A DNA stretch of 64,000 nucleotides. Source: a bacterium (GTDB lineage: Bacteria; Patescibacteriota; Minisyncoccia; Phycocordibacterales; UBA6899). The stretch spans positions 94,703 to 158,702 of the forward strand of contig JAYUQG010000030.1 of the NCBI GenBank assembly GCA_043756865.1, read 5' to 3'. Below the pieces are notes generated by a model. The model was not told the origin of the DNA. It was given only the letters and a program-made list of their open reading frames with translations, and made no database searches. The translations under genes and the position numbers were made by a program. This document shows positions 52,506-62,475 of the stretch, piece by piece (the stretch's first letter is position 1; each line of letters begins with the position of its first letter).

Positions 52506-52728
52506 ACTTGCGATTGCTTTGGCCACCAACTAAAGGCACTAAAAAAGTGCGGGGAACCCTAACCAAGTAGACAATTTTTAACAAATGAGGCCGAACATTC
52601 GGCAAAATGAGGTGGAACCGCGAAGGAAGCAATACTTCATCGCCCTCGTGAAAACAGAACGCTTGCGTTGTGTGGTCACGAGGGCGTTTTCTTTTCCCTC
52701 TATTCTCTACTAACTATTAACTTCGCTT
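52506..52728 (+). promoter_or_regulatory. T-box riboswitch leader (putative Thr specifier) upstream of thrS
   Basis: T-box sequence AATGAGGTGGAACCGCGAAGG at about 52606-52626 matches the AGGGUGGnACCGCG consensus. It is followed by a terminator: CGCCCTCGTGA ... TCACGAGGGCG, then TTTTCTTTTCC (about 52641-52695). A candidate specifier ACC-A lies in ggaaccctaACCAag. Confidence 0.6.
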
Positions 52729-54468
52729 ATGGCAAACCTAGAACACGTACGTCACTCATTCGCACACCTGCTTGCACGGGCGGTGCTCGAACACTACCCC
52801 GCTGCGCAACTCACATTAGGTCCTGCAATAGACAATGGATTCTATTACGATATTTTTCTTCCTAAAGATATTAAGATTGGTGATGCAGATTTGAAAAAGC
52901 TAGAAGATGCAATGCGCAAGCACTTGAAAACGTGGACGACGTTTTCGCACCGCGAAGCCACACCCGGAGAAGCAAAGACTGCCTTCGCAGGAAACATTTT
53001 CAAAGCTGAGCTCATCGACGAAATTGCCAAACGGGGTGAAAAAATCACCCTCTACAAATCTGGCGACTTCGAAGACCTCTGCCGTGGTGGCCATGTCGAG
53101 GACGCCAAAGAACTGCATCAAGACGCATTCAAGCTTTCTCATGTCGCTGGTGCATACTGGCGCGGTGATGAAAAAAATCCCATGCTTACCCGAATATACG
53201 GTCTTGCATTTGATACGAAAGACGAACTCATTGCATACGTGACCCAACAAGAAGAAGCGAAGAAACGAGACCACAAGAAGCTCGGTATTGAACTTGATCT
53301 TTTTACATTCTCAGAGCTTGTAGGTCCGGGACTTCCCCTCTGGACACCCAAGGGCACGCAACTACGCGATACGCTCGACAACTACGTCTGGGAACTCCGC
53401 AAGGCACACGGTTATCAAAAAGTGGAAATTCCTCATATCACCAAAAAGGAGCTCTATATCACGAGTGGACACTGGGACAAATACAAAGAAGACTTATTCC
53501 GCATTACCACGCGCGATGGGCACGAATTCGCCATGAAGCCAATGAACTGTCCACATCACACGCAAATCTATGCACGACGCATGTGGAGTTACCGCGAACT
53601 CCCGCAACGCTATGCCAACTCGACGATGTGCTATCGTGACGAGCAAACGGGCGAGCTCTCTGGTCTCTCGCGCGTGCGTGCGTTTACCCAAGACGACGCA
53701 CATGTGTTTTGCCGCATGTCGGATGCCAAAGTAGAATTCCTAAAAATTTGGGACATCGTCCATCAATTCTACGGTACATTTGGATTCACACTCCGCGTGC
53801 GCATCTCAAAGCACGACCCCGCCTCCCCCGAAAAATACCTAGGTGACAAAGACCGCTGGGCGCTCGCCGAAGGTATGCTCACCGAAATCGCCCAAGAAAA
53901 GAAAGCTGATTTCTTTGACGGCATTGGCGAAGCTGCATTCTATGGACCGAAGCTCGACTTTATGGCAAAAGATGCCATTGGACGGGACTGGCAGGTAGCG
54001 ACAATCCAGCTTGATCTCAATATGCCTGAGCGATTCGACCTTACGTGCGTCAATGAGAAAGGCGAGAAAGAACGTATTGTGATGATTCATGCTGCAATTA
54101 TGGGCTCCATCGAAAGATTCCTCTCGATTCTCATTGAGCACACGGGAGGAAACTTCCCACTGTGGCTCGCTCCTGTACAAGTAGCTATTATCCCTATTGG
54201 TGAGGCGCACCATGAGTTTGCATCACAGGTAAATGAATATCTCACAGCACTAAGTGTACGCACAGAGCTCCATCTCGAAAGTGAAAGCTTGGGCAAAAAA
54301 ATTCGCGCTGCGAAAGTCGGAAAAATTCCCTACACGCTCGTCATCGGTGATCAAGAAGTCGCGGACAAGACCGTCACCCTCGAAAGCAGAGAAAAGGGCA
54401 AAGTCGGGACGCTTTCTGTTGATGACCTTCTTCGTCTAGTGACCGGCGAGATTGTAGACAAAAAATAA
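52729..54468 (+). CDS. thrS: Threonine--tRNA ligase, lacking the N-terminal TGS extension
   Basis: 579 aa. Class II aaRS motifs (FRITTRDGHEFAMKPMNCPHH, QDDAHVFC) and a C-terminal anticodon-binding domain. Begins directly in the editing/second domain (HSFAHLLARAV). Confidence 0.95.
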   Translation: MANLEHVRHSFAHLLARAVLEHYPAAQLTLGPAIDNGFYYDIFLPKDIKIGDADLKKLEDAMRKHLKTWTTFSHREATPGEAKTAFAGNIFKAELIDEIAKRGEKITLYKSGDFEDLCRGGHVEDAKELHQDAFKLSHVAGAYWRGDEKNPMLTRIYGLAFDTKDELIAYVTQQEEAKKRDHKKLGIELDLFTFSELVGPGLPLWTPKGTQLRDTLDNYVWELRKAHGYQKVEIPHITKKELYITSGHWDKYKEDLFRITTRDGHEFAMKPMNCPHHTQIYARRMWSYRELPQRYANSTMCYRDEQTGELSGLSRVRAFTQDDAHVFCRMSDAKVEFLKIWDIVHQFYGTFGFTLRVRISKHDPASPEKYLGDKDRWALAEGMLTEIAQEKKADFFDGIGEAAFYGPKLDFMAKDAIGRDWQVATIQLDLNMPERFDLTCVNEKGEKERIVMIHAAIMGSIERFLSILIEHTGGNFPLWLAPVQVAIIPIGEAHHEFASQVNEYLTALSVRTELHLESESLGKKIRAAKVGKIPYTLVIGDQEVADKTVTLESREKGKVGTLSVDDLLRLVTGEIVDKK

Positions 54469-54516
54469 CACACATTTGTGTTTTAATTTATCAATATATC
54501 TATCCTAAATATCAAA

Positions 54517-55548
54517 ATGGACCAATCTTTTCTTTCAAAAAACACTATCATTCTTGTGGCGACTGTTGTGGTCGTCGCGATTGTTGTTATAGCCTGGAAT
54601 GGTGTCCCGACCACCAGAACAGTCAATCAACCTGCACTTACGATGCGCGAACCGAATTTCGAGTATTATGGCTGGTTTGCGGTAGATTATTCCAAGCCTA
54701 CTGACGATTTGAAACGTATGAGAAATTATACTAATACTGCTTTTGCCACCACTCCGCAACAAGCAGAAATCTTAAAACAACTGGGGTATCCGCATATCGT
54801 TTATGCTTTGGCTTTCACCCACCAAGCAATTCTTGATCAGCTAGAACAAGAAATGAATTCTCCCATTCCCGAGCTCTATGGAATAAAACTCTATGCAACC
54901 GGGATTCCCAATTATCGTCAGAAGTATTTTGCACTGTACCAAATAAAACTGGAAGAACTGAAACGTTCGCTCGACGAAGTCGGTGTATTGGAAAATATTG
55001 ATGCATTTTACTTGGCTGATGAACCAGCTATCAGACGGACTTATTATCCAGACCAAGCGTTTCTTGATCAACTAGTCGTAGATTTCAAGCAGGTATTTAA
55101 GGATAAAAAGACAATTATGGTCTTTGCTGAATATGTAGAGCCCCGGGATCCACGCGCTATTTGGGCGGGCGCGCACTTTATGGCTCCGCCAGCACTGGAT
55201 ATTGTCGGGGTTGATCCATATATCGATCCAAAAAAAGTAAATTGCGACACTGAAAACATTCGCAAATGGCTATACTCAGGAGCTCAAGCTTCTAATATTG
55301 ACTGGGCAAAGCAATTCAATAAACCGATTATGGTGATTGGAGACGCGCAAATACGTGATGGAAAAGCCCTAGATTTCTGCTATCCTCAAGCAACCTTCGA
55401 CATTCTGAAAGAAGATAAAAATGTGGTGGGTCTTATATGGTATCAATACGACTTCTCATACAGAGAGGATTCTGATTTTGGACAGCTTTCTGGGGCAGCG
55501 AATGTTCCAGAGTTTGTCCGATTTGTTGAGCAGCTGGGAACCAAATAG
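54517..55548 (+). CDS. Membrane-anchored hypothetical protein, 343 aa
   Basis: N-terminal transmembrane helix IILVATVVVVAIVVIAW. AT-rich coding region. No recognisable family. Confidence 0.5.
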   Translation: MDQSFLSKNTIILVATVVVVAIVVIAWNGVPTTRTVNQPALTMREPNFEYYGWFAVDYSKPTDDLKRMRNYTNTAFATTPQQAEILKQLGYPHIVYALAFTHQAILDQLEQEMNSPIPELYGIKLYATGIPNYRQKYFALYQIKLEELKRSLDEVGVLENIDAFYLADEPAIRRTYYPDQAFLDQLVVDFKQVFKDKKTIMVFAEYVEPRDPRAIWAGAHFMAPPALDIVGVDPYIDPKKVNCDTENIRKWLYSGAQASNIDWAKQFNKPIMVIGDAQIRDGKALDFCYPQATFDILKEDKNVVGLIWYQYDFSYREDSDFGQLSGAANVPEFVRFVEQLGTK

Positions 55549-55682
55549 GCCTATCAATGATGCGGCGGCGGGGAGTTTGCATAATAATCAAATACCACAA
55601 CTTGGCTATAGCATAATTCGCCTTTCCATCTTCGGCCCGAACCGTATACTAAGACAAGAGCACCTTTTGGAAATGAGCCCAT

Positions 55683-56141
55683 ATGAAATTCAGCGGTATC
55701 CTCCCCGAGGAAAGAGCGCGGGGTGGCGGAAGTAAACCACCCCTTGGCGTGCACGTTGTCTACGAAGAAGGTGACCACGAAGAACTTGAACATTTATTCG
55801 TCTTTCTCGAAGACCACTTCACTATCCCCGACGAGGTCGTGGCACGTAAGGGCCGGAAATTCAGGCTACTGGCCATTCACCCCTATTTTCAACTGGGCGA
55901 CAACGAGGTTAGTCTCCCCTATATGCTGTCCCACATAGCGCACCTCGAAGACATCGGGGTGAACACCGTTGTCGGTTTCCTCTATCCAGGCAATCCGTAC
56001 AAACGCCGCTCGCACGACATCACGACGTTCCGCGCATACAAGGTGCACCTCAATACGACAGGAAAGAACTGGCCCAGTCTGCGGGCCATGTATCAAGCAA
56101 TTGAGGATGAGTTTTTCCCCCTGGGAAAACTTCTCAACTAA
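55683..56141 (+). CDS. Hypothetical protein, 152 aa
   Basis: ORF followed by a terminator at 56143-56168. No recognisable family. Confidence 0.45.
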   Translation: MKFSGILPEERARGGGSKPPLGVHVVYEEGDHEELEHLFVFLEDHFTIPDEVVARKGRKFRLLAIHPYFQLGDNEVSLPYMLSHIAHLEDIGVNTVVGFLYPGNPYKRRSHDITTFRAYKVHLNTTGKNWPSLRAMYQAIEDEFFPLGKLLN

Positions 56142-56142
56142 C

Positions 56143-56168
56143 AAACGCGCCACATGGCGCGTTTTTAT
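56143..56168 (+). terminator. Rho-independent terminator
   Basis: AACGCGCC (56144-56151), loop ACAT, GGCGCGTT (56156-56163), then TTTTATTA. Confidence 0.75.
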
Positions 56169-56803
56169 TACATTATTTCACCCAAATGCGCGTCGTCATT
56201 CCAAGTAACCACCCTCCATTTTCTTTCAGGTAATTTTTCGTCATCAAAGATGCAGTGGGTGATGCCCGTATTACTTACCATAAAGGAGTAATACAATTTC
56301 TCAAATTCATCAAATGGCCCCTCTTTGCCGAAGACCATTACTGTGAGCATCGCGTTAATAAAAAATCCGTGTGACACGAGAAGTATCGAACCCTCTTCGC
56401 GCTGTTCAAAAAACGAAAGCGCATCATGAGCCCGAGACCGAATGCTCGCAAAATTTTCTCCACCCGGATACCGTGTCTCGACGCCGCCCATCATCTGCAA
56501 ATGACTTGGCCCGCCTGTCTTTGGTAAGCCTATAACCGCATCGGGATACACATACTCCAAAAACAGTGGGTCCTTGATGAGCGGCTTGCCTGTTTTCTTT
56601 TGTATTATTTCCCCTGTTACGATGGCGCGCTGATACGTACTCGTAAATATCGTTTCAAAGTGTATCGATGCGCAACGCGAAGCACACACCTCTGCCTGTG
56701 CGAGACCGTGTGGAGTGAGCGGAGTATCATGCGCAAGCATCGTTGGTGAGACGTTGTATTCACTTTGCCCGTGCCGCACCAGATAGATATGTTTTTCAGC
56801 CAT
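56168..56803 (-). CDS. Histidine phosphatase family protein (phosphoglycerate-mutase-like)
   Basis: 211 aa. IYLVRHGQSEYN is the RHG catalytic motif; there is a second conserved H in LLVSHG. Confidence 0.75.
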   Translation of the reverse strand: MAEKHIYLVRHGQSEYNVSPTMLAHDTPLTPHGLAQAEVCASRCASIHFETIFTSTYQRAIVTGEIIQKKTGKPLIKDPLFLEYVYPDAVIGLPKTGGPSHLQMMGGVETRYPGGENFASIRSRAHDALSFFEQREEGSILLVSHGFFINAMLTVMVFGKEGPFDEFEKLYYSFMVSNTGITHCIFDDEKLPERKWRVVTWNDDAHLGEIM

Positions 56804-56804
56804 A

Positions 56805-58886
56805 TTACACGTCGAGTTTTGCCATCTTGGCGTTGGACTGAATGAAGGATTTACGGGGTGCCACCTCGATACCCATCAGGAGGTCGAAAATTTTGTCTGC
56901 TTCAGCTGCGTCATCAATCTTGACCTGCTTCAAAACGCGCCTTGCTGGGTCCATGGTTGTCTCCCACAGTTCTTCGGGATTCATCTCTCCAAGACCCTTG
57001 TAGCGCTGTATATGCACCTTGTTTGCCCGTTTGGCCTTCACTTCCTCCTTTTCCTCCTCTGCCGGCTCATCATCGCCCCCCTCCTCTCCCTCTGGGGTTT
57101 CTTCTAACTCAGACATGCTTACTCCCTCGGCTTTCAAATAGGCATCTTTTTGTTCGTCAGAATAAAAGTAGTTAAGGTCTTTACCTTTCTTTATCTTATA
57201 CAAAGGCGGCTGAGCAATGTATACATGTCCTGCCTCAACCACCGGTCGGAAATAGCGATAGAAAAGCGTGAGCAAAAGCGTACGAATATGCGCTCCGTCA
57301 ACGTCAGCGTCTGTTGCAATAATCAGCTTGTGGTAGCGCAGCTTGCCGATATCAAAGACATCTCCAATAGCAGTACCGAGTGCGATAACAAGTGCGCGCA
57401 CTTCATTAGATGCCAGCATCTTGTCGAGGCGTGCACGCTCGACGTTCAAAATCTTGCCCTTCAGCGGAAGGATTGCCTGTATCCGACGATCTCGACCTTG
57501 CTTCGATGAGCCACCTGCAGAGTCTCCCTCAACAATAAAGAGTTCTGATTCCTCGGCACTGCGAGACTGGCAGTCGGCAAGCTTTCCAGGAAGCGTGAGG
57601 CCTTCGAGTGCGCCCTTGCGGAGCACTGAGTCTTTTGCCGCCTTTGCGGCTTTGCGCGCCTTCACTGCAAGCACTACTTTATTAATGATTGCTTTCGCAT
57701 CATCGGGATGTTCTTCGAGGTACTGACCAAATGCTTCACCGAATACTTTTTCGGTTGCACCGCGCGCCTCAACACTACCCAACTTGCCCTTGGTCTGGCC
57801 TTCGAACTGAATCTCCGCCATCTTGATAGAGATAACCGCAGTAAGGCCTTCGCGTACGTCGTCACCAGTGAAGCCCTCCTCGGCATCCTTGCCCATGGTA
57901 TTTTTCTTGGCGTAGTCGTTTAATACTCTCGTGAGTGCGGTACGAAACCCCGTGACGTGCATTCCTCCTTCGGGGTTGTAGATGTTGTTCGCAAATGCAA
58001 TTTCACGCGATGTAATGTCGTCAACATATTGCAGTGCAACCTCCACCTGCACATTCCCTTCGCTTTTTTCCACATAAAAAATATCTTTGTGAATCGGTGC
58101 TTGAAACTTGTTGTAGAACTTAATCAAGGAGAATAACCCGCCCTCAAAGAAGAACGACATGGATGGCACATTGTATCCCACATCCTTGAGGTAAAATGCA
58201 TTGTCGACATTTATCTTTCCTTCATAATCACGAAAATCAAGTACGTTAATCTCCAGACCTTTTACGAGATATGCCTGCTGGCGTAAATGCGTGACAATGG
58301 TACTCCAAGTAAATCGGATCTCACTGAAAATTTCCGGATCCGGGTCAAAGGTGACAATTGTTCCGCGAAGTTTTGAGGTGTCAGTCTTTTTCACTTTCGC
58401 CTTCTGCTTCCCGCGTACATACTCCTGCATGTGCTCACCGCCGTCCCTGTGCACTACCACTTTTGCATATTGTGAAAGGGCATTTACCACTGATGCACCG
58501 ACTCCATGTAGCCCTCCGGAAACCTTATATCCACTTTCCTCACCACCAAACTTTCCTCCCGCATGCAGGGTCGTCATCACCGTCTCGAGTGCAGACACCT
58601 TGGTCTTTGCATGAACATCAACAGGAATACCGCGTCCGTTATCGACGACGCGCACAAGATTCCCCGGCAGCAAAGCGACTTCGATTCGGTTGCAGTATCC
58701 GCCCATCGCTTCGTCGCGTGAGTTGTCAAAAATTTCCCAAATGAGGTGGTGGAGGCCCTCAATACCGGTAGAACCGATATACATGCCGGGGCGCTTGCGC
58801 ACAGGCTCAAGACCCTCAAGAACCTGAATTGAATCTGCACCATACCCCTTTTCCTTCTTTGTTGTTTTTTCGTCTTTTTTCGCCAT
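56805..58886 (-). CDS. gyrB: DNA gyrase subunit B (type IIA topoisomerase ATPase subunit)
   Basis: 693 aa. GHKL ATPase motifs (LHHLIWEIFDNSRDEAMGG, GLHGVGASVVNALS), a transducer region, and TOPRIM (EGDSAGGS...IATDADVDGAHIRTLLLTLF). Confidence 0.9.
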   Translation of the reverse strand: MAKKDEKTTKKEKGYGADSIQVLEGLEPVRKRPGMYIGSTGIEGLHHLIWEIFDNSRDEAMGGYCNRIEVALLPGNLVRVVDNGRGIPVDVHAKTKVSALETVMTTLHAGGKFGGEESGYKVSGGLHGVGASVVNALSQYAKVVVHRDGGEHMQEYVRGKQKAKVKKTDTSKLRGTIVTFDPDPEIFSEIRFTWSTIVTHLRQQAYLVKGLEINVLDFRDYEGKINVDNAFYLKDVGYNVPSMSFFFEGGLFSLIKFYNKFQAPIHKDIFYVEKSEGNVQVEVALQYVDDITSREIAFANNIYNPEGGMHVTGFRTALTRVLNDYAKKNTMGKDAEEGFTGDDVREGLTAVISIKMAEIQFEGQTKGKLGSVEARGATEKVFGEAFGQYLEEHPDDAKAIINKVVLAVKARKAAKAAKDSVLRKGALEGLTLPGKLADCQSRSAEESELFIVEGDSAGGSSKQGRDRRIQAILPLKGKILNVERARLDKMLASNEVRALVIALGTAIGDVFDIGKLRYHKLIIATDADVDGAHIRTLLLTLFYRYFRPVVEAGHVYIAQPPLYKIKKGKDLNYFYSDEQKDAYLKAEGVSMSELEETPEGEEGGDDEPAEEEKEEVKAKRANKVHIQRYKGLGEMNPEELWETTMDPARRVLKQVKIDDAAEADKIFDLLMGIEVAPRKSFIQSNAKMAKLDV

Positions 58887-59073
58887 ACGTGCCTAATTTA
58901 GTCGTGTTTAGAATGAATGATTGCCCGCCCTAAATCTGATTCGGAGCGGACAATTTGATGGGTGTATTTTAGCAAAAAGAACTCGATTTACCAAGCTTTT
59001 TTGGGGATTTTGTGGTGTACATAAAGTGACATATTTTCACCCTTTGTTAAGCCTTATTTTTTATACAAATAAT

Positions 59074-59102
59074 TTGACTTTGTATTTTAAATATGTTATA
59101 AT
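59074..59102 (+). promoter_or_regulatory. Consensus sigma-70 promoter (TTGACT-N17-TATAAT)
   Basis: TTGACT at 59074-59079 and TATAAT at 59097-59102. RBS GAAAGGA 4 nt before the ATG at 59137. Confidence 0.6.
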
Positions 59103-59136
59103 GCTCTCATTATCAACTGTTCCTTGAAAGGACGTC

Positions 59137-59388
59137 ATGTTCACTTCTCAATTTTACCTTGTGATCGCCTGCGGTGAGATCAAGCAGGTCATGGAAACTC
59201 TTGCCGACATTTGCTTCAACCGAGGGGTTCATCTGATTGTCGCCCTCGCGACACTGGACGCGGGTGGCCCAAATTGGACGATCCGGCTCGGGGCTCCTCG
59301 CGAGATGCCGATCCTTGACGCATTCGTCGACATCGAAAAGGTCGGCCTTGTGCCGTTTGGCCGAAACAGTGTGACTATCACACAATAG
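59137..59388 (+). CDS. Hypothetical small protein, 83 aa
   Basis: Has a consensus promoter and an RBS. GC-rich. No recognisable family. Confidence 0.45.
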   Translation: MFTSQFYLVIACGEIKQVMETLADICFNRGVHLIVALATLDAGGPNWTIRLGAPREMPILDAFVDIEKVGLVPFGRNSVTITQ

Positions 59389-59425
59389 CGACAAGACAAC
59401 CACTGGAACATCTGGAGACAGCATT

Positions 59426-59635
59426 ATGATTGTCCAAACTGCGGGCCCTGCATACCAAACCCACTTGGGCAGTACGCAGCTCATCGTCCCCACCTTCAAC
59501 TTCGCAAACAAGGTTGTCGCCTCGAAGACGGTGCACGCAACGTTCTGCCCCGAACTGAGCATTGGACGCTCCGTCTGGCAGACCGCCGATGGAACGCTCT
59601 ATCACGTCGTCGACAAGGACGCCTTGCTCCACTGA
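59426..59635 (+). CDS. Hypothetical small protein, 69 aa
   Basis: GGAG lies 8 nt upstream. Followed by a strong terminator. Confidence 0.4.
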   Translation: MIVQTAGPAYQTHLGSTQLIVPTFNFANKVVASKTVHATFCPELSIGRSVWQTADGTLYHVVDKDALLH

Positions 59636-59649
59636 GAGCACCACAACCG

Positions 59650-59681
59650 AAAGGCCGCGCATGCGCGGCCTTTTCTTTTTG
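59650..59681 (+). terminator. Rho-independent terminator
   Basis: 18-bp palindrome GGCCGCGCATGCGCGGCC (59653-59670), then TTTTCTTTTT. Confidence 0.85.
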
Positions 59682-59685
59682 CAGC

Positions 59686-59714
59686 ATAAAAAAAAACGCG
59701 CGAGCATGCGCGTT
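59686..59714 (-). terminator. Rho-independent terminator (minus strand), convergent with the previous one
   Basis: Plus-strand sequence A10-ACGCGC-gagcat-GCGCGT. On the minus strand this reads as a stem followed by T10. Confidence 0.8.
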
Positions 59715-59950
59715 CAGTGTTCGTCGACGACTGTAAGAGCGATGAGGAAGAGCCCAACTGGCCCAAGTAATGCGAAGTAAATACGGCCACGCAGCATCTG
59801 GGGGCTGGGACTCCTGTACACCGAAATCCACTCGAGCTCGTGCTCAGACCAATAGGAATCATGCTCCTGGAGTGACCTGACCCAAATATAGGCGACGATG
59901 CCACAGAGGCACCAGATAGAGAACAAAATCAGTGCGGTTTCGACAGTCAT
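59714..59950 (-). CDS. Small membrane protein, 78 aa
   Basis: Two transmembrane helices: ALILFSIWCLCGIVAYIW and IYFALLGPVGLFLIALTVV. Confidence 0.4.
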   Translation of the reverse strand: MTVETALILFSIWCLCGIVAYIWVRSLQEHDSYWSEHELEWISVYRSPSPQMLRGRIYFALLGPVGLFLIALTVVDEH

Positions 59951-60041
59951 TGGGTACTCGAAGTTGTATCTCCACCCAGCCTGAATTAATTTATAAATTT
60001 GTCAACAGCAGACATGCTCTGGAAATGCCCATGTGCGTCGG

Positions 60042-61970
60042 CTACCTCACGAGCCAATCGTTCTCCGCATTGCACGCAGCAGTGACACGTTCCATAATGG
60101 AATTTATTTCCTCGTCGGTGAGCGTACGCGCGAATGACTGGAACACCATGCGATACGCATAAGAAATACGCGACTCGTCTGGTTTCTGAAACTTGTCGAA
60201 TTGGGAAAATCGGACCACCAACTCCCCTGCTTCTTTTTTGAGTAGTGTTTCGATATATGCTTCGGTGACTTCTTGTGGAACAAAAATGGCAATGTCACGC
60301 ACGATGAAAGGATAAGTGGAGAGAGTTGTATAATTGATGTCAACCTTTTTGTTTGCAAATGCCTTATAAGTGTCTGGCACGGTCAGAGGAGCGATAATTT
60401 CATCAAAATTAAATTCTAAAATTCCGCACTGATTATCGTGGGTTATCATCGCAGGTAATTCAATCGTGGCGAGGGTGGCTACGAGCTCTTTTGCGCTCGC
60501 ACTGAGCTCTTGCTCGAGTGTTTTCCAGCGTTTCTTTGTTTCCCCAATAGCTCCCATGGACAGTCTCATGTGCTCCCCTTTTTCAGCAAAGACGTTTCCC
60601 ATCTCGAAAATTTTGATATCACGGAGCTCGAGGAGTGGTGCATTATAAAAATTTCCCACAAGTGCGCGGTGCATGCCATGTGCGAGCGACGCACGCATAA
60701 ACGGTCGGTCTTTCCCAACGGGATTTAGTACTTCAACCTCGCCCTCACCTTTTTGTGCAAACGAATAGGTGAATACTTCAGAATATCCGCGCTCCACTAA
60801 GAAGTTACGCACCATGTTGGCATAATAGAGCCGCTTATGTGGAACCCCCTTGTGCGGAAATTCTGGCAATGCGGATTCAATCTTGTCGTACCCGTAATTT
60901 CTCCCAATTTCCTCAATGAGGTCTTGGGCAATGCGCAAATCAAGGCGTTCCATAGGAATTGTAACCGTATATTCCTCACCGTTTACTGTATACACAAAAC
61001 CGAGGCGCTTTAATACTTCCTCCACTGTTGCTTTGCCCATCGTCGAACCAAGCAACTGATTCACTTGATAAGCAGCGATCTCCATCTGAAATTCGCCTAT
61101 CTCAGGTGAAGGATACACATCGGTCATCGCACCAACCTTTATGTTGGGTTGAATTTTTACGAGTTCAGAAATCACAAGCTGCATCCCCTCTTCTGCAAAA
61201 TGGCTTGTTATCCCGTTCTCGTAACGCTTTGACGCATCGGTCTTGATTCCAAGCTTGGTCGAGGTGCGGCGTGTCCGAGTGGGGTCGAAATTTGCGGACT
61301 CAAAAATAATCGACGTGGTGTTTACGTCTACTTCAGCCTTTTTACCCCCCTTTACCCCCGCGAGTGCAAGCACGCCCTCATCATCAGCAATAACAAGCTC
61401 CGAGCCATCAAATATAAGCGCTTTGTTGTCTAATGTAGTCATTGGCTCGCCTGCTTTTGCGAGACGCACCGTAATTCCCCCAATAACCTTTGCAGCATCG
61501 AACGCATGCATGGGTTGGCCAATATCAAAAAGTACGTAGTTGGTGAGGTCAACAATATTGTTAATGGAGCGACCTCCAATGGCGGTGATTTTCTCTGCAA
61601 TAGCCTCTGGAGACGTGCCCACCTTTACTCCATCGACACGTACGCCAATGTAACGCGGGCAAAGTGTCGCATCAGTGATATGTACGGGTACCTTTTGTAC
61701 CGATGGGTCGATGGTGGCGGGGGTAATAACCCGTTCTTTTCGTGGAATACCAAAAAGTGCAGACACCTCGCGTGCCATGCCACGATGCGAAAGGGCGTCG
61801 TGCGCACGGTCAGGAAGCACCTTCATTTCGAGAATGCTGTCTCCTCTCCCAGCGACTGACTCCACACCTTCAACTTCGAAAGATTTAATTGTTACCGTGC
61901 GCACTAAATCATCCACGGGCGGAAGTGGCCTTTCGAGATGTTCGCCAAGCCATCGATAGGAATATTTCAT
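60042..61970 (-). CDS. pheT: Phenylalanine--tRNA ligase beta subunit, compact (642 aa)
   Basis: B3/B4 and B5 core domains. Conserved blocks RAHDALSHRGMAREV and GIPHKRLYYANMVRNFLV. Lacks the long N-terminal tRNA-binding extension. Confidence 0.9.
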   Translation of the reverse strand: MKYSYRWLGEHLERPLPPVDDLVRTVTIKSFEVEGVESVAGRGDSILEMKVLPDRAHDALSHRGMAREVSALFGIPRKERVITPATIDPSVQKVPVHITDATLCPRYIGVRVDGVKVGTSPEAIAEKITAIGGRSINNIVDLTNYVLFDIGQPMHAFDAAKVIGGITVRLAKAGEPMTTLDNKALIFDGSELVIADDEGVLALAGVKGGKKAEVDVNTTSIIFESANFDPTRTRRTSTKLGIKTDASKRYENGITSHFAEEGMQLVISELVKIQPNIKVGAMTDVYPSPEIGEFQMEIAAYQVNQLLGSTMGKATVEEVLKRLGFVYTVNGEEYTVTIPMERLDLRIAQDLIEEIGRNYGYDKIESALPEFPHKGVPHKRLYYANMVRNFLVERGYSEVFTYSFAQKGEGEVEVLNPVGKDRPFMRASLAHGMHRALVGNFYNAPLLELRDIKIFEMGNVFAEKGEHMRLSMGAIGETKKRWKTLEQELSASAKELVATLATIELPAMITHDNQCGILEFNFDEIIAPLTVPDTYKAFANKKVDINYTTLSTYPFIVRDIAIFVPQEVTEAYIETLLKKEAGELVVRFSQFDKFQKPDESRISYAYRMVFQSFARTLTDEEINSIMERVTAACNAENDWLVR

Positions 61971-62473
61971 ACAGTAAAAAGGTCTGCATCAGTAATAAGA
62001 GCGTGCACAGGAATATCCATTTTCACATCTCCCCGTTGTGCGATTACCAATATTGCATTTACTCCACATCCAATTGGAGCAAGTTTCTGCAGTGTGTCAC
62101 GTACACTGCTCCCCGTTGTACATACATCATCAACTATGGCGACAACATCTGATTTCGTGGGGACATAGCCGTCCAGTTGCTGTTGTGTACCGTGGTCTTT
62201 GACGGCGTCGCGCACAAGACAGAGGGGAAGCGATGACTTGAGTGAGAGGGCAGTTGCAATAGGAATACCCCCGTATCCCAACGCAGCGAGCGCCGTTGTG
62301 CCTTTTGGTATGAGCTGGTACAAGGCATTAGCGAGGTCAGCTAGTACCTCGGGGTTACCAAAAGCTTTCTTGATATCACAATAATACTGTGATTCCTCAC
62401 CTGAACGTAGTACAAAATTACCTTTTTGAATAACACCTATCGCAGTTAATTGATGTATGAGTTCGGTCTGCAT
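61967..62473 (-). CDS. pyrE: Orotate phosphoribosyltransferase-like type I PRTase
   Basis: 168 aa. FVLRSGEESQYYCDIKKAFGNPEVL plus the PRPP-binding motif VVAIVDDVCTTGSS. A 4-nt overlap with pheT and a 2-nt gap to pheS. Confidence 0.7.
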   Translation of the reverse strand: MQTELIHQLTAIGVIQKGNFVLRSGEESQYYCDIKKAFGNPEVLADLANALYQLIPKGTTALAALGYGGIPIATALSLKSSLPLCLVRDAVKDHGTQQQLDGYVPTKSDVVAIVDDVCTTGSSVRDTLQKLAPIGCGVNAILVIAQRGDVKMDIPVHALITDADLFTV

Positions 62474-62475
62474 AG

